From: Aequorivita sp.
GTDB taxonomy: Bacteria > Bacteroidota > Bacteroidia > Flavobacteriales > Flavobacteriaceae
Direction: 5' to 3'
DNA: 64,000 bases
Assembly (NCBI GenBank): GCA_052105975.1
Contig: JBQEAY010000008.1
Location: 30,680-94,679, forward strand
Shown here: piece after piece, positions 53,584 through 60,522 of the stretch
Layout of the letters: each line of letters begins with the position of its first letter
Numbering within the stretch: the first letter of the stretch is position 1
Made by a program: the position numbers and the translations under genes
The notes under the pieces: model-generated
Told to the model about the DNA's origin: nothing
What the model saw: the letters and a program-made list of their open reading frames with translations, nothing else
Database searches by the model: none

Positions 53584-54091
53584 GTCTGGTCGAGCGCAGT
53601 CGAGACCTTATAAAGAAGCCAAAAATCCTATCCTTAGATGAAATCATATTACATTTACATATTAGAATGTTCAGATGGTTTACTTTATACAGGTTTCACC
53701 AACAATATTTCCAGACGATTTGATGAACACCAACTAGGAAGGAATAAAACTTGTTTTACATTCAAAAGAAGACCTTTAGAATTAATATTTCATCAAGAAT
53801 TCAATGACGTTGAACAAGCTATATATTTTGAGAAGAAAATAAAAAAATGGAGCGCTCAGAAGAAACGAGCCCTGGCAAATGATGATTATGATATGCTTCA
53901 AATATTGGCCGAATGCAGAAATATGACACATTCAAAATACAGGCCTACAGCCGAGGAGGTCTCGACTGCGCTCGACCAGACATAACTTGTCCCCTCGAGC
54001 GCAGTCGAGAGGTTTCTGTTAAGAACAATTAATATAAAGAAAAAGAAGTAGGTCTCTTCCGATAGTTATGGGAAGAGCTCGACCAGACATA
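53584..54091. mobile_element. GIY-YIG nuclease cassette bounded by perfect 24-bp inverted repeats plus extra repeat copies
   Basis: GTCTGGTCGAGCGCAGTCGAGACC (53584-53607) and its exact reverse complement (53958-53981) flank the ORF. The 16-nt core TCGAGCGCAGTCGAGA recurs at 53995-54010. A variant with the same termini (GGTCTC...GCTCGACCAGAC) lies at 54051-54088. GCTCGACCAGACATA is directly repeated at 53970 and 54077. Confidence 0.5.
53638..53985 (+). CDS. GIY-YIG nuclease family protein
   Basis: 115 aa. N-terminal YYIYILECSDGLLYTGFTNNISRRFDEHQLG is the GIY-YIG (URI) motif. The last ~9 codons are encoded by the right inverted repeat. Confidence 0.8.
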   Translation: MKSYYIYILECSDGLLYTGFTNNISRRFDEHQLGRNKTCFTFKRRPLELIFHQEFNDVEQAIYFEKKIKKWSAQKKRALANDDYDMLQILAECRNMTHSKYRPTAEEVSTALDQT

Positions 54092-54108
54092 CAACAATTA
54101 ATAATTTT

Positions 54109-54600
54109 ATGCAAAAAGTAGCAATAATAATGGGAAGTACCAGCGATCTGCCAGTAATGCAGGACGCAGTAGATATTTTAAAGGAATTCAACATTGAAGT
54201 GGAAGTAGATATCGTTTCCGCTCACCGAACGCCCGATAAACTTTTTGATTACGGTAAAAACGCACACAAACGCGGTATTTCAGTAATCATTGCAGGAGCA
54301 GGTGGCGCAGCACATCTTCCAGGAATGATTGCTTCGTTATCGCCATTACCTATAATTGGTGTTCCAGTAAAATCCAGCAATTCGATTGATGGTTGGGATA
54401 GCGTTCTTTCAATCCTACAAATGCCAGGTGGTGTTCCTGTTGCAACGGTTGCACTTAATGGTGCCAAAAATGCAGGGATTTTAGCAGCACAGATTATTGG
54501 AGCTTCTAATAAAGCAGTTTTGGATAAGATTGTTGCGTACAAAGAAAGCCTTAAAACCAAAGTTGAAGAAGGCGCCAAAAAGATGAAAGAAAACAAGTAG
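54109..54600 (+). CDS. purE: 5-(carboxyamino)imidazole ribonucleotide mutase
   Basis: 163 aa. ..VAIIMGSTSDLPVM.., ..SAHRTP.. and ..AGGAAHLPGM...T.LPIIGVPV.. motifs. Confidence 0.95.
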   Translation: MQKVAIIMGSTSDLPVMQDAVDILKEFNIEVEVDIVSAHRTPDKLFDYGKNAHKRGISVIIAGAGGAAHLPGMIASLSPLPIIGVPVKSSNSIDGWDSVLSILQMPGGVPVATVALNGAKNAGILAAQIIGASNKAVLDKIVAYKESLKTKVEEGAKKMKENK

Positions 54601-54902
54601 TGAAACACAGTATCCTTTCGATAATTGTCGCCATAATTGGCATCAGCTTTATTCTCTATATGAACTACTACTTCGCGCAAGAAGTGAGTTTACTACAAAG
54701 TCAGCAACAAATTGACGAGCCTCTTTTAATTACAACTCCAAAAGTTCACAAAATGGCTGCCCTGATTATTGGGTTGATTGGAGTATTCTTTGGTATTAGA
54801 AGCTTTAGAACTTATAGAAAACTCAGTCTAATTGGCATAGTGCTGTCATTAATTCTCATCAGCATTAGCTTTTTACCCCTTTGGCATTATTTTCGAACAT
54901 AA
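54600..54902 (+). CDS. Small membrane protein (3 TM)
   Basis: 100 aa. The GTG start overlaps the purE stop. Three hydrophobic helices. Confidence 0.45.
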   Translation: MKHSILSIIVAIIGISFILYMNYYFAQEVSLLQSQQQIDEPLLITTPKVHKMAALIIGLIGVFFGIRSFRTYRKLSLIGIVLSLILISISFLPLWHYFRT

Positions 54903-54929
54903 GCACACCTATTAAAAAATTAGAACACA

Positions 54930-56951
54930 ATGAAAAATCCACTTTTTGAAAAATATAATACAGCTCCATTTTCCCAAATAGAAAACAAGCATTTTTTACC
55001 GGCAATCAGCACATTGATTACGATAACAAAAGCTGAAATAGATAAAATAACTTCAAATCCTGAAGCTCCTACTTTTAAAAATACAGTAGAAGCTTTAGAA
55101 AATACTGGAGAAAAACTAGCAAGAGCAACCAGTATTTTCTTCAACTTAAATTCTGCTGAAACCAATGATGAAATTCAGGCAATAGCTCAAGAAGTTTCAC
55201 CTTTGCTAACCGAGTTTAGTAACGATATGTTACTGAATGAAGCTTTATTTGAAAGAATTAAGACCGTTTATAACCAAAAAGATCAATTAGATCTTTCCGA
55301 AGAACAGCAAATGCTGCTCGATAAAAAATACAAGTCGTTTTCAAGAAACGGTGCAAACCTTTCCGAAGAAAAGAAAATTGAATTACGTAAAATAGATTCT
55401 GAACTTTCTAAACTCAGTCTTAAGTTCGGAGAGAATGTTCTGGCAGAAACAAATAAATTTGAACTTTATGTTACAGATTTAGATGATCTTTCGGGTCTTC
55501 CGGATGGTGTAATTGAAGCTGCAGAACAAACGGCTAAAGAAAATGGCAGAGAAGAAGGTTGGGTTTTCACCTTAGATCATCCAAGTTATGTGCCGTTCCT
55601 CACTTATGCAGACAACCGAGAACTTCGCAGAAAATTGTCTATTGCATTTGGTGCCAAAGGGTTTCATAATGATAAATTAGACAACCAGAAAAATGTACTG
55701 CAGATTGCAACGCTTCGTCATAAACGCGCTGAATTGTTAGGTTATAAAAGTCATGCACATTTTGTTCTAGAAGAACGGATGGCTGAAACTCCTGAAAAAG
55801 TAAAATCCTTTTTAAATGAACTGCTCGAAAAAGCAAAACCGGCAGCAGAAAAGGAGTTTGAAGAATTAACAGCTTTCGCAAATGAACTAGATGGCATTGA
55901 TCATTTGGAAAAATGGGACGGTGCTTATTATTCTGAAAAATTAAAACAGAAACGCTTTAATCTAGATGATGAAAAGCTGAAGCCATATTTTGAATTAAAG
56001 AATGTTATTAATGGTGTTTTCACTGTTGCAAAAAAGCTCTACGGACTTAATTTCGAAGAAGTTCAAAATATAGATAAATATCATTCTGACGTAAAGACTT
56101 ACGAAGTTAAAGATGACGAAGGGGAATTAGTTGCTATATTTTATGCCGACTTTCACCCACGAGCTGGGAAACGAAACGGTGCGTGGATGACTTCCTACAA
56201 ACCTCAGCAAATTAAAGATGGAAAAAACGACCGACCACATATTTCAATAGTTTGCAATTTCACAAAACCTACGGCCAGTAAACCTTCACTTCTAACTTTT
56301 AATGAAGTGACAACACTTTTCCATGAATTTGGTCATGCCCTTCACGGAATGTTGGCGAACACACAATACCCTAGCCTTTCAGGCGCAAGTGTATATTGGG
56401 ATTTTGTAGAACTACCTAGTCAGATTTTAGAGAATTGGTGTTATGAAAAAGAAACCTTGGAACTCTTTGCCACACATTACCAAACTGGAGAAGTTATCCC
56501 AATGGAATACGTTGAAAAAATAAAGGAATCCGCGACTTTTCATGAAGGAATGGCAACACTTCGTCAGTTGAGTTTCGGATTGTTGGATATGGCATGGCAC
56601 GGAAGCGATCCAACAGGAATAACCGATGTTAAAGCTTTTGAAGTAGCCGCTTTTGGAGATACTCAACTTTATCCCGATGTGAAATGGAATTGCATGAGCA
56701 CTTCATTTTCACATATATTTCAAGGCGGTTATTCAGCTGGTTACTACAGTTACAAATGGGCCGAAGTATTAGATGCAGATGCTTTTGCATATTTTCAGCA
56801 GGAAGGGATTTTTAATAAAACCGTAGCAGATAAATTCAAAAACTTCGTACTTACACAAGGTGGAACGATAGACCCAATGGAGCTTTACATTAAGTTTCGT
56901 GGACAAAAACCAGATCCAGAAGCACTTTTAAAAAGAGCGGGATTGGTATAA
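54930..56951 (+). CDS. dcp: M3-family peptidyl-dipeptidase (Dcp-like)
   Basis: 673 aa. Zinc motif TLFHEFGHALH plus a downstream E, and M3 thimet-oligopeptidase-like length and order. Confidence 0.8.
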   Translation: MKNPLFEKYNTAPFSQIENKHFLPAISTLITITKAEIDKITSNPEAPTFKNTVEALENTGEKLARATSIFFNLNSAETNDEIQAIAQEVSPLLTEFSNDMLLNEALFERIKTVYNQKDQLDLSEEQQMLLDKKYKSFSRNGANLSEEKKIELRKIDSELSKLSLKFGENVLAETNKFELYVTDLDDLSGLPDGVIEAAEQTAKENGREEGWVFTLDHPSYVPFLTYADNRELRRKLSIAFGAKGFHNDKLDNQKNVLQIATLRHKRAELLGYKSHAHFVLEERMAETPEKVKSFLNELLEKAKPAAEKEFEELTAFANELDGIDHLEKWDGAYYSEKLKQKRFNLDDEKLKPYFELKNVINGVFTVAKKLYGLNFEEVQNIDKYHSDVKTYEVKDDEGELVAIFYADFHPRAGKRNGAWMTSYKPQQIKDGKNDRPHISIVCNFTKPTASKPSLLTFNEVTTLFHEFGHALHGMLANTQYPSLSGASVYWDFVELPSQILENWCYEKETLELFATHYQTGEVIPMEYVEKIKESATFHEGMATLRQLSFGLLDMAWHGSDPTGITDVKAFEVAAFGDTQLYPDVKWNCMSTSFSHIFQGGYSAGYYSYKWAEVLDADAFAYFQQEGIFNKTVADKFKNFVLTQGGTIDPMELYIKFRGQKPDPEALLKRAGLV

Positions 56952-56957
56952 TTAAAA

Positions 56958-57022
56958 AGACCTGACTGGCGTCATTGCGATTCCGATAGTAATCGAAAGA
57001 AGCAATCTCACCAGTCAGGTCT
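56958..57022. terminator. Bidirectional hairpin between convergent dcp and M28 peptidase genes
   Basis: AGACCTGACTGG (56958-56969) pairs perfectly with CCAGTCAGGTCT (57011-57022). The 41-nt interior is itself partly palindromic (CATTGCGATTCCGAT...ATCGAAAGAAGCAATC). A-run before and T-run after. Confidence 0.7.
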
Positions 57023-57045
57023 AAACTTTTTCTTCAAATTGATTA

Positions 57046-58488
57046 TTAATTCAACACAAATTTCTTCGTAAAAGTATGTCCATTTTCCAAGGAGAAGTGT
57101 GCAATATAAAAACCTTGAGCAAACTGTTGAAGTTGAATACTTCCCTTTTCCCCATTCATCTTTTCAGAAATTAATCTTTGTCCCGCAACATTGTAAACCG
57201 TAACTTCATTCATCTTCGAAACTGTATTGTTTAAACGATAATTCAAAACTTTATTCTTTACATAAACACTAATAGCTTTTTCAGAAAAATCGTTTGTAGA
57301 AAGTGTTTCTGGCTTCGCGGCTTCAATCAAAAACTCTAAACCTAGCTTTGTAAATTTCACCGCGTGATCTGGAGTATTAAAAAAAGAATAGACATCACCG
57401 GGAGTGTGAATATTTGGATTATCCTCCCCCATTGCTGCTTCAAACGGGAAAGCTGCATCATATCCATTATACGCCCAACTAGCGTGATCTGAACATCCAT
57501 AACCACATTCTGTTGTGCTATACGTAAAACTATGAGCACCTGAAGTGTTGTAATGATCCATCAAATCGGTTAAATAATCATTTAAAGTCGAGCTGTTATA
57601 GTAATCTGTAGTTATATAGATATCACTGTTAGAACCTTTATATCCTGTCATATCAAATTGCACATAGGCAGATACATCAACACCATTATTTGCATATTCC
57701 TCTGCGATTTCGGATGAGCCTACAAGACCTTGCTCCTCTGCAGCAAAAGCCATAACTTCAATGGTTCTGTTTGGTACAAAATTTTGAGCTAATAGCACCC
57801 GAACCATTTCATTAAGTGAAGAAATTCCTGAAGCATTATCATCAGCTCCCGGTGCATCGTCAAGATCCCAAGATGTGGAATCTATATGACCACCAATTAT
57901 CACAAATTCGTCTGGAGTATTTGCACCATCAATAGTGAGAATAACGGAAGGCATTGGCGTATTAATGTGGTCATAGATACGCGTATGGATATCTGTTCTT
58001 CCAGAGGCTAAAATCCAATCGTCCCATCTTGCCTGCTGATCCATAACTGCCTGTACTGCCTGTGGATCTGTATGGTAACGTGTACCATATCCCTGCAACA
58101 ATAAAATATTATCTTCAATATTCTGCGCATCAACTAAGTCTAAACACTGATTTACAAAATCATCCTCAGTAATGGAATAGTCCAAAGCTGAACTTCTTCG
58201 CTGAACACGATCTAAAGCCTGAATCGCTTTTTCTTCAGAAGCCTTAAAAATATATCCCGGACCATGAGTTTGAACACTTTCGTGAATATGGTCTGCAAGC
58301 GCTTCGGTAATTAAAACAGCGGATTGATTGTTTTCGGTTCTCAAAACCTGTAAACCCGCAGGATACAATTCTTTAAAAGAAGCCGCATCTTCAGCATTCA
58401 TTGTAGCATAAATAGAATTGCCATTTTGGGCAATCGTGGTAATCGTAAATAATAGGAAAGTAAGTATTCCAATAGTAATTTTTTTCAT
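57046..58488 (-). CDS. M28-family aminopeptidase with T9SS C-terminal sorting domain
   Basis: 480 aa. Signal peptide. M28 metal ligand motifs (GGHIDS, DDNASG, AAEEQGLVGS). C-terminal ..VYNVAGQRL......G....L..FAQGFYIAHFSLENGHTFTKKFVLN is CTD-like. Confidence 0.75.
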   Translation of the reverse strand: MKKITIGILTFLLFTITTIAQNGNSIYATMNAEDAASFKELYPAGLQVLRTENNQSAVLITEALADHIHESVQTHGPGYIFKASEEKAIQALDRVQRRSSALDYSITEDDFVNQCLDLVDAQNIEDNILLLQGYGTRYHTDPQAVQAVMDQQARWDDWILASGRTDIHTRIYDHINTPMPSVILTIDGANTPDEFVIIGGHIDSTSWDLDDAPGADDNASGISSLNEMVRVLLAQNFVPNRTIEVMAFAAEEQGLVGSSEIAEEYANNGVDVSAYVQFDMTGYKGSNSDIYITTDYYNSSTLNDYLTDLMDHYNTSGAHSFTYSTTECGYGCSDHASWAYNGYDAAFPFEAAMGEDNPNIHTPGDVYSFFNTPDHAVKFTKLGLEFLIEAAKPETLSTNDFSEKAISVYVKNKVLNYRLNNTVSKMNEVTVYNVAGQRLISEKMNGEKGSIQLQQFAQGFYIAHFSLENGHTFTKKFVLN

Positions 58489-58654
58489 CGGGAAGTTTAT
58501 ATAGTTTATACTGTAAAACTAAAGCTTCTATAGAAGAAAATACTGAATTTTAAAAGTTTAACTGTTTTAAGTGTAAACATTTATATATAAAAGTGTGTTA
58601 TTTTAGCAAATGTTGTTCTAACTTCACTATTTTATAACGATTAAAGCTATTCTT

Positions 58655-59203
58655 TTGAAACTACTGAATCCTGATCGCTGGGTTGATAAATATGCTGATT
58701 ATCTCTATAACTACACGATAGTAAGAGTTAATGATCATATTGTGGCTCAAGATCTTATTTCGGAAACTTTCTTGGCTGGACTTAAATCGGTAAAAAACTT
58801 TAAGGGTGAGGCTAGCGAACGGACTTGGCTTATTTCAATTTTAAAACGAAAAATAATTGATTACTATCGAAAAATCAATTCAAAAAAAGGAAGGTCTGAA
58901 GTACATATTTCATATAAAGATGAAGACTCGGAAGGTGATTGGCTAGAAGAAAATGCAGCTGATCTCCATGACAAAAATGCTGAAGACTCAATGGAAAATG
59001 AAGAGCTTCGATTAGCGATTCTTGAGTGTATGGAACAACTCAGTGAAAAGCAAGCAGCAATTTTCACAAAGAAAACAATTGAGAATCAGGACACTGAAGC
59101 CATATGTAAAGAATACAATATTACACCGTCTAACTTATGGGTTATCATTCATCGAGCAAGGAAAACACTGGTTAAATGTTTAGAGAAAAACTGGTTCAAC
59201 TAA
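58655..59203 (+). CDS. ECF-type RNA polymerase sigma-70 family factor
   Basis: 182 aa (TTG start). Region 2 (..AQDLISETFLAGL......F.GE.SERTWLISILKRKIIDYYR) and region 4 HTH (..ICKEYNITPSNLWVIIHRARKTL). Confidence 0.85.
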   Translation: MKLLNPDRWVDKYADYLYNYTIVRVNDHIVAQDLISETFLAGLKSVKNFKGEASERTWLISILKRKIIDYYRKINSKKGRSEVHISYKDEDSEGDWLEENAADLHDKNAEDSMENEELRLAILECMEQLSEKQAAIFTKKTIENQDTEAICKEYNITPSNLWVIIHRARKTLVKCLEKNWFN

Positions 59204-59209
59204 AGAGAT

Positions 59210-59464
59210 ATGAAAAAATTTTTAAAATGTTCTGAAGCGGCTCACTTGTGTAATAAAAGTCAATATAAAGAAGTTGGCTTTGGAGAAAAAATCATTTTGA
59301 GGATACATTTGGCAAAGTGTAAAACCTGTCGCGATTACTCTAAACGGAATGTAAAACTTACCCAAACCATAAAGTCGGCAAAGATCAAAACACTAGGTTC
59401 AGAGGAAAAACAGCATCTCAAGATGCAATTCGAACAAGAGCTCAACAAGGAATCATCAGCCTAA
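59210..59464 (+). CDS. Small zf-HC2-type anti-sigma-like protein without TM segment
   Basis: 84 aa, 6 nt after the sigma gene. H-x3-C-x2-C motif (HLAKCKTC). No hydrophobic helix. Confidence 0.5.
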   Translation: MKKFLKCSEAAHLCNKSQYKEVGFGEKIILRIHLAKCKTCRDYSKRNVKLTQTIKSAKIKTLGSEEKQHLKMQFEQELNKESSA

Positions 59465-60343
59465 AAACCTATTAAAAAACACAAAGAATAACAACCAAAG
59501 TATTGGTAATCCCTCCACCCAAAAGGAAGCAAAATAGCGTTTTTGATCAGGTTTGGAAATAATCAGCATCCATCCTAAAATAACACAAAAAATCAATAGG
59601 CTTGCAATATACGCAACTTGCGAATCCTCTTTGAAAAATTCTATTATTATACAGAGTAAGAGAACCACTTCCCCTAATATTTTAGTATTCCATACGCCCA
59701 ATTGTTGCGGTAGGGTTTTAAGGTTAAGAGAATCGTAAGGCACATCACGGATTTCAAAAGGTAAAATAAGTGCTACTACAATTAAAATACGTTGAAAAAA
59801 AGTAAGTAACACATCTCCGGAAACTGACATTTCTGAAGCAACGACAGGCACAATAACCGTTACTCCTGCCCAAACAAAACCCACTACAAAGATTTTTATT
59901 CCGGAAAGGTTCCTAAGATTTTTACTATGAATAAGCGGCACCGCATAAAAAAATGTCGTCAGACTAAATATCCCAGCAATCAACAATATCTTAATCGGAA
60001 GTCGAAAGGCAACAACAGCCAGCAAAATAAAAGCCACAGCTGAGAATATCTGGATTGATTTCAAAGATCGCGTTAGTCGACGATGGTGAAGTCCCGCAAC
60101 TTTAGAATACTTCACAAAATTATATCCAGTTAAACTTCCTAAAAACACAAATGCCCACAGCTCTGGAGAGATGGTCAATTTATATTCCATAACCGTGATG
60201 ACCAAGAATGCCAAAACAGCCAAAGCAACATGGATACTACTGTTAATGTAAAAGGCGAAAACGCGATTTAAAAGCTTCATAAATCCAAAAATAGCTAAAG
60301 TATTAGCAAGCTTTAAAAGTAGTTGAAAAATTATGTTTTTCAA
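59456..60343 (-). CDS. Polytopic membrane protein, degenerate UbiA-prenyltransferase-like
   Basis: 295 aa with about 8 TM helices. The second Asp-rich-like region FEIRDVPYDSLNLKTLPQQLG resembles UbiA motif 2. I could not find the first NDxxDxxxD motif. Confidence 0.4.
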   Translation of the reverse strand: MKNIIFQLLLKLANTLAIFGFMKLLNRVFAFYINSSIHVALAVLAFLVITVMEYKLTISPELWAFVFLGSLTGYNFVKYSKVAGLHHRRLTRSLKSIQIFSAVAFILLAVVAFRLPIKILLIAGIFSLTTFFYAVPLIHSKNLRNLSGIKIFVVGFVWAGVTVIVPVVASEMSVSGDVLLTFFQRILIVVALILPFEIRDVPYDSLNLKTLPQQLGVWNTKILGEVVLLLCIIIEFFKEDSQVAYIASLLIFCVILGWMLIISKPDQKRYFASFWVEGLPILWLLFFVFFNRFLG

Positions 60344-60522
60344 TCACTTAAAAGTCTACGAATTCACGTTAAAAATTGTAATTTTGCACCGTTTTGTAAA
60401 TTATTGAATTACAATAGTTCACAGACTAAAAATTGGAGAGTAATTTAAAAAATATCCGTGGCAATTTCTATTGTTCGTTTCGGCCAACTTTAGGACAGGC
60501 AACGGCCTAATACAGCGTAACT

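Noticed and set aside
54249-54680. 143-aa ORF antisense to purE.
   Set aside because: purE motifs are unambiguous on the plus strand, so the antisense ORF is a GC-richer shadow frame.
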